A DNA stretch of 64,000 nt, taken from contig OY760505.1 of the NCBI GenBank assembly GCA_963663545.1, positions 2,560,001-2,624,000 of the forward strand, read 5' to 3'. The notes below the pieces were generated by a model. It saw only the letters and a program-made list of their open reading frames with translations, made no database searches and was not told where the DNA came from. A program made the position numbers and the translations under genes. This document shows positions 9,385 through 17,324 of the stretch, piece by piece. The DNA comes from Candidatus Delongbacteria bacterium (GTDB taxonomy: Bacteria; CAIWAD01). How positions within the stretch are numbered: the first letter of the stretch is position 1; each line of letters opens with the position of its first letter.

Positions 9385-10821
9385 ATGACTGCATACGAAA
9401 TTATCCAGCACAAGCAGCAAGGCCAGGCCAATTCGGCTGAGGAAATCCGCTACATGGTTGAGGGCGCCATGTGTGGACGCGTGCAGGAGGCGCAGATCGC
9501 CGCCTGGTTCATGGCCATCTATTTCCAGGGAATGACACCCGAGGAAACCTGGGTACTGACCGATGCCATGTGGCATTCCGGCGAAGTCTTTGATCTGAGC
9601 AGTATCACGGGACACAAGGCGGACAAACATTCCACCGGTGGTGTCGGCGACAAGATCACCTTCATTCTGGCGCCCATGCTGGCAGCCTGTGGCTTGGTCG
9701 TGCCGAGTATCACGGGACGTGGTCTGGGGCACACCGGTGGTACGCTGGATAAGATGGAGAGCCTCCCCGGGTTGCGCAGCGGCCTTTCGCAGGACGAGTT
9801 CCATCGAGTACTTCGTGATACAGGCCTTTCTTTGATTGGCCAGACAGAGAATCTGGTGCCCGCTGATCGACTGTTCTACGCTCTGCGTGATGTGACCGCA
9901 ACCGTGGCCAGTGTTCCGCTGATTTGCGCATCGATTCTGTCGAAGAAGCTGGCGGAAGGTATCGACAGCCTTGTATTGGACGTGAAATGCGGCCATGGCG
10001 CCATTTTCCAGCAATTCGACCAGGCAGAGGAGCTGGCGCGTAATCTGGTGGCCATTGCTGATCGAGGCGGCAAGGCTGTTTGCGCGCTGATTACCGAAAT
10101 GAACTCACCGCTGGGTCGGCAGATTGGCAACTGGAACGAGCTGGTGGAAAGCGCAGAGTGCCTTTCCGGCTACGGCAGTCCGGATCTGATGGAAGTGAGC
10201 TACGCGCTGGGAGCAGCTGCATTGCTGATTTCCGGAGAGGAGAAGCGCCTGGATGACGCGCTACGCAGGTTGCAGTCTGTGATACACGATGGCAGCGCAC
10301 TGGAACGCTACTATCTCAATATCGAGGCGCAAGGTGGCAGCCGTGAGTGGTTTCTGCACCCGCAACGAGCGCCGCGTCCCAAGGCTGGCTTGACCCTGAT
10401 TTCCGAGAGTGGCGGATGGGTACACGACATCCAGAGCCGCGAGCTTGGGCTGGCCGCGGTATCACTTGGAGCTGGTCGTCAGAAGAAGGACGAGGCCGTG
10501 GATCACAGCGCTGGCATCAGTATTCACCGCCACGTTGGTGAGTTCATCAAGCCCGGCGAAGCGGTGTGTGACATTTACAGTTCACGTGATGTGGATTTCG
10601 AGAGCATCGGTCGCCGTGTGCTGGCGGCGTGGGACATTCGCGCCAACAAGCCGGAGATCGCCCATAGCACGTATGCACACGCCGATGGATCGGCTGGTTG
10701 GCCATCGCGTATTCTTGCCTGCATCGGTCTGCCGTTTACACCCGCCGACTGGCGTGATACATTGACGGAGGTCGGCCTTGGACTGCGTCCGCATCCCCTA
10801 AGTCCACAGGCGCTCTCTTGA
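9385..10821 (+). CDS. pdp: Thymidine/pyrimidine-nucleoside phosphorylase
   Basis: Start ATG 9385 (SD GGAGG); DKHSTGGVGDK, GRGLGHTGGTLDKMES, YALRDVTATV, SILSKKLAEG, LDVKCG, LGAGR. Confidence 0.93.
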   Translation: MTAYEIIQHKQQGQANSAEEIRYMVEGAMCGRVQEAQIAAWFMAIYFQGMTPEETWVLTDAMWHSGEVFDLSSITGHKADKHSTGGVGDKITFILAPMLAACGLVVPSITGRGLGHTGGTLDKMESLPGLRSGLSQDEFHRVLRDTGLSLIGQTENLVPADRLFYALRDVTATVASVPLICASILSKKLAEGIDSLVLDVKCGHGAIFQQFDQAEELARNLVAIADRGGKAVCALITEMNSPLGRQIGNWNELVESAECLSGYGSPDLMEVSYALGAAALLISGEEKRLDDALRRLQSVIHDGSALERYYLNIEAQGGSREWFLHPQRAPRPKAGLTLISESGGWVHDIQSRELGLAAVSLGAGRQKKDEAVDHSAGISIHRHVGEFIKPGEAVCDIYSSRDVDFESIGRRVLAAWDIRANKPEIAHSTYAHADGSAGWPSRILACIGLPFTPADWRDTLTEVGLGLRPHPLSPQALS

Positions 10822-11573
10822 TGTGGAAGCCTCTGCTGTGCGGTATCTGCGCGTGCCTCAGCCTGTTGCTTGCTTCCTGCAGTGAGGATAGCGCCGCCAA
10901 CCTGGACGCTTTCTGGATTGCCTCGGGCCCGGCGCGCGAATTGTATCGCCTTGATCGCGACAGCTACGAGACAAAGGTCCAGGGCTATCTCAATTCCTCG
11001 CTGGTGAGTCTTTCCATTGATGATGACTATCAACTCTACGGCATTGAGGCCGTAACACAGTACCTGGTCTCCATTGATGCGATTACGCAGCGAACAACAC
11101 GAATTCGCGATCTGGTGGAAGTTACCGACGCCCGTGCCATTTGCTTCAACAGCTACTTCTGTTATGTGCTGGACCAGGGACAGCGTGTGCTGCGCATCAA
11201 TCCCGAATCGGGGTTGGTGCTGGCGACCTGGACGCTGAATCGTCCCCATCAGGACTACATTGATATCACCGTTGCCCGCGGTGCGATCTCCAATGCGGAC
11301 GTGTTTCCCGGCGACCTCCTGCTACTCAGGCGGGAAAGTGCCCAGAGCCGCATCTATCGCATTCGGCTGGAAGATGGTGTGGGCGCAGTTCGGGAGATTT
11401 GTACAACCTCTTCACTGTGCGCTTTTGCTACTACTAAGGAGAGTGACAAGATTTACGCACTGAGCGAGGACGCATCGGCTCTTGTTGAATTGCTTCTACC
11501 CGAAGGAAACATGAACGTCATTGCGTATACAGACCTGGATCAGCTTCAGAACCCCAGTCTCACACTTCCCTGA
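10818..11573 (+). CDS. Putative lipoprotein (possible beta-propeller)
   Basis: Lipobox LLASC after a hydrophobic stretch; coupled to the pdp stop codon. Confidence 0.65.
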   Translation: MMWKPLLCGICACLSLLLASCSEDSAANLDAFWIASGPARELYRLDRDSYETKVQGYLNSSLVSLSIDDDYQLYGIEAVTQYLVSIDAITQRTTRIRDLVEVTDARAICFNSYFCYVLDQGQRVLRINPESGLVLATWTLNRPHQDYIDITVARGAISNADVFPGDLLLLRRESAQSRIYRIRLEDGVGAVREICTTSSLCAFATTKESDKIYALSEDASALVELLLPEGNMNVIAYTDLDQLQNPSLTLP

Positions 11574-11728
11574 CACGCCCCTCCGGCATAAAGCTCTCCT
11601 TGCAAGGCAGATTCTCCCTTTCTTGCTAAGTCGTTCGTTTTGAGTTCAACTACGATGAGCTCTTGAGCTTAGCAGAAAAGATAACGCGGAAATATCGCGC
11701 CGGGGGCTTGTGCGCTCCTTGTGCCGAA

Positions 11729-11776
11729 ACACAAGATGTAGTAGGTTGATCCCCGCACTGATCGCAGATCTTGTGG
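11729..11776 (+). promoter_or_regulatory. Tandem NrdR boxes
   Basis: ACACAAGATGTAGTAG (11729-11744) and ATCGCAGATCTTGTGG (11761-11776), 32 bp apart, matching acaCwAtATaTwGtgg upstream of an RNR. Confidence 0.8.
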
Positions 11777-11994
11777 CCCGCTGCTGGCGGGGCCTTCTGT
11801 CTCAAGGGACGCGCGATCTTTGCCGGGTTCCGGTCCCTGTCCAGGCCGGGTTTACATTCTCTATCACTGTTGAATCAGCCGGGGAAGACCATGGACACGA
11901 AAGCTCTCTCCTTTTTCCTGGCGCAATCATACCGATTCTCATGCGGGAATTGGGGCCATTGGACGGATCGTCAAATAGCAGCAGGAGCCCCAAG

Positions 11995-14532
11995 ATGAAG
12001 CAGATGTTCAGCTTTAAAGGCAAGCTGACGACCCGGTTGGGTGAGCGGGGTGTGCGCGATTATCAAAACGTGTACGAACAACTCGGCAAGGAGATCGCTG
12101 CCGATCGCCTGCCGCGGCACGCGGATTACCTGGCCGGCAATGACCTGGCGAGCAGCATCTATCGGCAGAAGTATTTTGTCAAGGATCTTCATGGCGAGCC
12201 CATCGAACACTCGCCCGAAGACGTGTTTCAGCGCGTCTCCGCCTTTGTGGCGGCCGCCGAGACCGACCCCGCGCTCATGCAGGAGTGGGCTGGCAGTTTC
12301 TATCAGGAGCTGCACGATGGCCGATTCATTCCTGGTGGACGCGTACTGGCCGGTGCCGGTGACCTCTACCGTCTTAAGACCTTGGCCAACTGCTTTGTCA
12401 GCCGCATAGATGAAGACAGCATCGACAGCTTGTACGAGACGGCTTTTCAGTGCGCGCGCACGTATAGTTATGGCGGTGGCATCGGCGTGGACATTACGCC
12501 ACTGCGTCCGCGTGATTCTGTGGTGCACAATGCTGCGGACTGTTCCACCGGCGCCGTCAGCTTCATGGAGCTGTTCAGCCAGACCACGGGCCTCATAGGC
12601 CAGTCCGGTCGTCGCGGTGCGCTGATGCTGACAATTGATGTCAAACACCCCGACATCATCGATTTCATTCGCGTCAAAAAGGATCCGAATTGGGTCACCA
12701 AGCAAATCGTCGAGCGTTGCCGAACGGCGGGCTTCAGCGATACGCAGCTGGCCGAAGTTGAAAAGCACGTGGCCGAGAATACGCAAGTACGCTTTGCCAA
12801 CATCTCCATCAAGGTCAGCGATGAGTTCATGAACGCCGTCGCGGAGCAGAAGCGCTTTGGCGATCGTGCCTACCTGGTGTATCGCAAGCAGGGGCGAGAG
12901 CGTCTGAATTCGGCGCCTCAGGGCGAAGGACTGCATTATAGCGCGGGCATTCCCAGCAAGGAGCTCGACCGCTACAGCCTACTGCACCAGTTTGAGAGCC
13001 TCGCGGAGTTGAACCAGTGGCTGCAGACGGAGTGTGGCCAGACAGTTAGCGCCGACGATTTTCGCGATCCTCTCCGTCGTGACGTGTACGGCGACCTCCT
13101 CTTCCAGGCGCGACGTGCACCTTCGACTGATCTGCTGGACCGCCTGGAGCGCGACGAAGAGTTTGCCGTGCGGCAAAGCGGCGACTTTCTGCTGTACTTT
13201 GCCAGCCATATCACCGGCGAAATCCGGCGGCTGACCAAGGCGCGCGAGATCTGGGACCGCTTCGTCGAGGGCAACTACCGCACCGCCGAGCCGGGTTTGA
13301 TCTTCTGGTCGACGATGAGTCGCTACAGTCCCAGCAATTATGTGGGGCGTCCGATCATCTGCACCAATCCCTGCGCCGAAGTTCCCTTGGAAGATGGCGG
13401 CGCCTGCAACCTGGGGTCGGTCAATCTGGCGCGTTTTGTATCACAGGGCTTCACACCGCGTGCTGAGGTCGACTGGCAGCGGCTGCGTAATACAACGCGC
13501 GTACTCGTGCGCTTCCTCGACAACGTGGTCAGCTGGAATGAGAAGCTCAACGCGCTTCCCAAACAGCGCCTCGCCGCCAGCGAAACCCGTCGCCTGGGCC
13601 TGGGAGTCATGGGTGTAGCGGACATGCTCTATCAGTTGGGGCTGGACTACGATAGCGAGGAAGGCATCGAGCTTGTAACACGCGTCATGGAGACCATCTC
13701 CGACACGGCCTATGCCACCAGTAGCGATCTGGCCGCCGAGAAGGGATCCAGTCCGGTCTTCGATTCCGAAGCGTATCTGGACTGCCCTTTTGTTCGCGAG
13801 GGCTTGAGCGAGGAAACCCGTGCGCGCATTGCCAAGCAGGGCCTGCGGAACATTGCCATCATGTCCATCGCTCCCACGGGCACCATCTCCAACATCGTAC
13901 TGGGACTGACGCGCGGCGACAAGCGCTACATCGGTGTCTCTGGAGGCATCGAGCCCGTGTTCGCGTTGTATTACACTCGTCGTAGCGAGAGCCTGAAGAA
14001 CCAGTACTACAAGGTCTTCCATAGCACGGTGCAGGCCTATGTCGATGCCAACGGCCTGAGTGAGCGCGCTGATAATAGCCGCCAACTCGAGGGCGTGCTG
14101 CCCGAGTATTTCTTCCGCACGGCGCACAAGGTCGATCCCATGCGTCGCGTGGAAATCCAGAGTCGCGTGCAGCGCTACGTGGATCACAGCATCAGCAGCA
14201 CGATCAACCTCCCCGAAGATGTATCACCGGAAGTGATTTCCGACATCTATCTGGAGGCATGGAAGCGGGGGCTGAAGGGCGTGACCGTCTATCGCGATGG
14301 CAGCCGCGTTCCCATTCTCAGTGTGGAAGGGCAGGAGACCGAGTTCCAGAAATTCCGCACCAAGCGCTTCCGCGTGACACAAGCCGATGGCAACCATCTG
14401 GAGTTTGCCGGCGACGAAGTGCTGCGCCTGCCCGATGGCACCCTTAGTACACCCTACCATTACATCAACTATAGCTCGTTCAGCATGGAGAAAATGCTGG
14501 ACAGCACCACCTTCGAGGAGGTCCGGGTATGA
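11995..14532 (+). CDS. nrdJ: Adenosylcobalamin-dependent (class II) ribonucleotide reductase, large part
   Basis: Start ATG 11995 (SD AGGAG); FIPGGR, ANCF, GGGIG, RRGALM, ANISI, AEPG, TNPCAEVPL, ACNLGS, IAPTGTIS, DHSISSTIN, KGVTVYRDGSR. Confidence 0.93.
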   Translation: MKQMFSFKGKLTTRLGERGVRDYQNVYEQLGKEIAADRLPRHADYLAGNDLASSIYRQKYFVKDLHGEPIEHSPEDVFQRVSAFVAAAETDPALMQEWAGSFYQELHDGRFIPGGRVLAGAGDLYRLKTLANCFVSRIDEDSIDSLYETAFQCARTYSYGGGIGVDITPLRPRDSVVHNAADCSTGAVSFMELFSQTTGLIGQSGRRGALMLTIDVKHPDIIDFIRVKKDPNWVTKQIVERCRTAGFSDTQLAEVEKHVAENTQVRFANISIKVSDEFMNAVAEQKRFGDRAYLVYRKQGRERLNSAPQGEGLHYSAGIPSKELDRYSLLHQFESLAELNQWLQTECGQTVSADDFRDPLRRDVYGDLLFQARRAPSTDLLDRLERDEEFAVRQSGDFLLYFASHITGEIRRLTKAREIWDRFVEGNYRTAEPGLIFWSTMSRYSPSNYVGRPIICTNPCAEVPLEDGGACNLGSVNLARFVSQGFTPRAEVDWQRLRNTTRVLVRFLDNVVSWNEKLNALPKQRLAASETRRLGLGVMGVADMLYQLGLDYDSEEGIELVTRVMETISDTAYATSSDLAAEKGSSPVFDSEAYLDCPFVREGLSEETRARIAKQGLRNIAIMSIAPTGTISNIVLGLTRGDKRYIGVSGGIEPVFALYYTRRSESLKNQYYKVFHSTVQAYVDANGLSERADNSRQLEGVLPEYFFRTAHKVDPMRRVEIQSRVQRYVDHSISSTINLPEDVSPEVISDIYLEAWKRGLKGVTVYRDGSRVPILSVEGQETEFQKFRTKRFRVTQADGNHLEFAGDEVLRLPDGTLSTPYHYINYSSFSMEKMLDSTTFEEVRV

Positions 14533-15194
14533 TCCGGTTGGACAGCCATGATATGCAACTGGTGGAAGTGACTCCTCCTGCGAAGCTGGCGCAACCGGCC
14601 ACGGTGTGTTCCAATCCCGTTCAGGGCGAGCTTCCGCTGGAAGGCGAGGCCATCAAGAAGCGCCCCGAGGTAGTGGAAGCGCTCACCTATAAAATGCGCT
14701 CGAGCTTTGTCAATCATAATGTCTACATCACCCTGGGTTGGGTGATTCAGGGCGGCATCAAGCGACCGATCGAGATCTTCTTCAACACCAAAGATCTCAC
14801 CCGCAGCCAGGAATATGTGATGCTCACCCGGCTGATCAGCGCGCTCTTCCGCCGCTGTGCCGATCCTTCCTTCATTCTGGAGGAGTTGCGCGGCATTCAG
14901 GACCCCAACGGTGGGCGCTTCCGTGAAGGCCGCTACGTGCAGAGCCTGTACGCCGAAGTGGCCGAAGTGATGGAGCGCTTCTTTTACGATGTAGGCATCC
15001 TTGAACCAAAGGTGGCTCAGTACGCAAGCGAGGCCGGTGAGAAAGTGGTCTCCATCGACTTCAACAGCCAGGCGGCTCATCATGAAATCAACGCTGAATT
15101 CAAGATCTGCCCCGACTGCCAGCAGCGGACGCTGAAGATGGAGAATGGCTGCGATAGCTGCGTATCCTGTGGTTATAGCAAGTGTGACAAGTGA
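14529..15194 (+). CDS. NrdJb / TSCPD domain protein with C-terminal Zn ribbon
   Basis: KKRPEV..LTYK, VYIT, RPIEIF, LTRLISALFR, EELRGI.DP; CPDC...ENGCDSCVSCGYSKC; ATGA overlap with nrdJa. Confidence 0.88.
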   Translation: MIRLDSHDMQLVEVTPPAKLAQPATVCSNPVQGELPLEGEAIKKRPEVVEALTYKMRSSFVNHNVYITLGWVIQGGIKRPIEIFFNTKDLTRSQEYVMLTRLISALFRRCADPSFILEELRGIQDPNGGRFREGRYVQSLYAEVAEVMERFFYDVGILEPKVAQYASEAGEKVVSIDFNSQAAHHEINAEFKICPDCQQRTLKMENGCDSCVSCGYSKCDK

Positions 15195-15218
15195 CCGCTG
15201 CGATTGTGTAACACAAAC

Positions 15219-15244
15219 GGCGGTCCTGGTGGCCGCCTTTTTCT
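15219..15244 (+). terminator. Rho-independent terminator
   Basis: GGCGGTC-ctggt-GGCCGCC followed by TTTTT. Confidence 0.7.
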
Positions 15245-15264
15245 TATCTACGCCTGGAGGAAAT

Positions 15265-15948
15265 ATGAAGCTATGCTATCTCGTGCTACTTCCGCTGCTG
15301 GCTGGTAGCCTCTATGCCGAGGGCAGTTTGGAGCTGAACTGCGGGTACCAGACCCGATACATGCTGCAAGGCTATGACCTGCTCACACAGGGAAGCCTGA
15401 TGTATCACGAAGTCGTCATCAACGAGGGCGGTTTCAGCGCAAGCGCCTGGTACGCCGAAGGCGCGGACGATCCTGCCTTGCAGGAAACCGTTTTGCATTG
15501 GGGCTATGGCCGCCCGATTGGGCCGGTATATCTCTATGCTGGCTACACCTTTCTGCACTATTCCGACGAGTTTCGCGATAGCGAGTGGTGCCTGAGTCTG
15601 GATGGCAACCTCTTGCCCGTGTTACACGCCGGTGCCTTGGCTTATCGCTCCCGCGAGGGCGAGGGCACCTTTTACGAATTCAGTCTGGATCACGAGCAGG
15701 CCCTGCCTTGGGCCGAGGCGTGTATCACGCCGACACTCGTATTGGGCGTGAACGAGAAGTACGTGCCTGATCACAAGAACGGCCTTCATCACATCGATTT
15801 GAAGCTCGACGGGCAGGTTCCCCTGGGCTGGGGACTGAGCTTGACGGCGGGCGTGCACGAGGCTATTCCGCTCGAAGAGGAAGGACGCGATGGCAGCAAA
15901 CTGAAAGCCGCTTTCAGTTACGGCCTGGGCCTGAGCTGGTCCCGTTAG
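15265..15948 (+). CDS. Putative outer-membrane beta-barrel protein
   Basis: SD GGAGG, signal peptide MKLCYLVLLPLLAGSLYA, alternating aromatic beta-strand pattern, terminal YGLGLSW. Confidence 0.6.
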   Translation: MKLCYLVLLPLLAGSLYAEGSLELNCGYQTRYMLQGYDLLTQGSLMYHEVVINEGGFSASAWYAEGADDPALQETVLHWGYGRPIGPVYLYAGYTFLHYSDEFRDSEWCLSLDGNLLPVLHAGALAYRSREGEGTFYEFSLDHEQALPWAEACITPTLVLGVNEKYVPDHKNGLHHIDLKLDGQVPLGWGLSLTAGVHEAIPLEEEGRDGSKLKAAFSYGLGLSWSR

Positions 15949-16045
15949 ACAATTTGCGTGAGCAGTGAAAAGCGCGGAGCCTGTTCAGCGCTTTTTACAC
16001 CCTCCTGGGAAGCTGCGAGGTTCTATAACCGGTCCGCTGGACCCC

Positions 16046-16074
16046 TTGACAATGCAAAAGTCGAATTATAAACT
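16046..16074 (+). promoter_or_regulatory. Sigma70 promoter for the tRNA
   Basis: TTGACA-N17-TAAACT about 55 bp upstream of the tRNA. Confidence 0.75.
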
Positions 16075-16129
16075 AACCGGCCTGTCGTCGTTGGCGAATG
16101 TTTCTGCATGAGCCGCGTCGGTGGAGTTG

Positions 16130-16201
16130 GCTCCATTAGCTCAATGGTAGAGCAGCTGACTCTTAATCAGTTGGTTCGGGGTTCGAGTCCCTGATGGAGC
16201 A
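16130..16201 (+). tRNA. tRNA-Lys (CTT)
   Basis: Acceptor GCTCCAT/ATGGAGC+A, D-arm GCTC-AATGGTA-GAGC, anticodon arm CTGA-CTCTTAA-TCAG, T-loop GGTTCGAGTCC; CCA not encoded. Confidence 0.96.
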
Positions 16202-16203
16202 TC
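16159..16203 (+). repeat. attL direct repeat (3' half of tRNA-Lys)
   Basis: 45 bp, 44/45 identical to 24666-24710. Confidence 0.93.
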
Positions 16204-16228
16204 GGCCAAAGTGCTGAGAAAACAAGAG

Positions 16229-16258
16229 GAAGCGCCGCGATGACGGCGCTTTTCGTTT
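16229..16258 (+). terminator. Terminator after tRNA (island-supplied)
   Basis: AAGCGCCG-cgatga-CGGCGCTT followed by TTCGTTT. Confidence 0.7.
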
Positions 16259-16550
16259 CTACGCAGATTGCTCAGAACCACTGGAAAACACCTCAGAATT
16301 CATCATTTCGTGTACTATGTGTGTACTACACGTGTTCGGAATCAGTTGGTTCCAGAGCTGCTGAATGGCCACCGCGACGCGCTGCAAAGTCTCCAGGTGT
16401 GCGTGATCGTAGGTGCCCGTGACCATGCCCCAGGACTTCCCTGTTTGACTGTGACCTACCCATCTGGCCACGTCCTCCAAGGCCACGCCATTCACCAGGC
16501 CATTGAGCCAACTGCTCGCGCAGCGCAGGGAAACGGGCGACCGCGTGCTC
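16259..16550 (-). pseudogene. Tyrosine recombinase C-terminal fragment
   Basis: SLRCASSWL..LVNGVALEDVARWVGHS...VTGTYDH resembles the HxLRH..ASWL..G..L..V...LGHS...T..Y region. Confidence 0.6.
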
Positions 16551-16574
16551 TACCGTCTTGCCTGCGGGAATCAG

Positions 16575-16740
16575 GAGCAATCCGCGCTCCTCCTGGGTGC
16601 GCCGAAGCTCTGCTCGCAGCCGCTGGATCTCTTTGCGTGAAGCTGCCAGTTCGTCTGACGTGTTGTGGGCCGGAGCGGCCCTCCTGATCAAGATGTACAA
16701 GGTGTTAACGCTGATGCCCAGGCTGCGTGTCACATCTCCT
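16575..16740 (-). pseudogene. IS3-family transposase OrfA fragment
   Basis: DVTRSLGISVNTLY (HTH) plus EIQRLRAELRRTQEERGLL leucine-zipper motif. Confidence 0.65.
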
Positions 16741-17031
16741 TGGCTGGTGAAGGACAAGATCCAGGCCAGCATCTACTATGACGCGCAGATGTGGTCCATC
16801 TGGAAGGCACTGCGGCCTGTTATTGAGCGCATTGCCTTTACCCTGGCCAGCTACAACACGGGTCCGGGAAACATCATCAAGGCCCAGCGTCTTGTCACAC
16901 AGCCGCTCAACTCCAACTATTGGTAGCCTGTGGCAGATGTGTTACACCGTGTTACAGGCGGGCATGCGCAGGAGACACGAGGATACGTGGGGGGGCAGAG
17001 ACGGGCTGATCTGATGATGCAGTCGCCGTGA
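16741..17031 (+). pseudogene. Lytic transglycosylase (SLT) C-terminal fragment with internal TAG
   Basis: IQASIYYD...FTLASYNTGPGNI.KAQ...NYW*PVADVL..VTG.HAQETRGYV; stop at 16924-16926. Confidence 0.65.
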
Positions 17032-17324
17032 TACACGGCCTATCCTGCTATGCAAACTCCAAGGAAGTCCCACGTATTTGCCGGGCTAACGTGTCTTTGT
17101 CTCCAGCATTCCTTCCGTAACGGTCGAAGCAAGCAAAGCTTCCGGTCTTCTTAGCCCACTACACCCTGTGACAGCGAGATAAAAACGAATCTGATTTGCT
17201 GGAACATGTATTTGTCCTACTAGAACTCTTCTCTTGCATTCGGTGTGTCTTACACAGAGCTTGTTTACGAGAGGTGGCAGCACAGCCACGAAGAAGGACC
17301 ACACACTATGCAGGAGAAGTCCAG

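Noticed and set aside
11780..11990. Cobalamin riboswitch before nrdJ
   Set aside because: No B12-box or conserved GGGAA...GCCCCCGC...GCCACTG elements recognisable.
11971..12936. Long antisense ORFs (also 2642-3406, 17787-18887, 33144-33971, 36210-37379, 44016-44906, 60543-61403)
   Set aside because: Shadow ORFs opposite well-supported genes in GC-rich DNA, with no motifs.
12841..13180. Intein in nrdJ
   Set aside because: No N-terminal Cys/Ser block, no His-Asn-(C/S/T) junction and no LAGLIDADG motifs.
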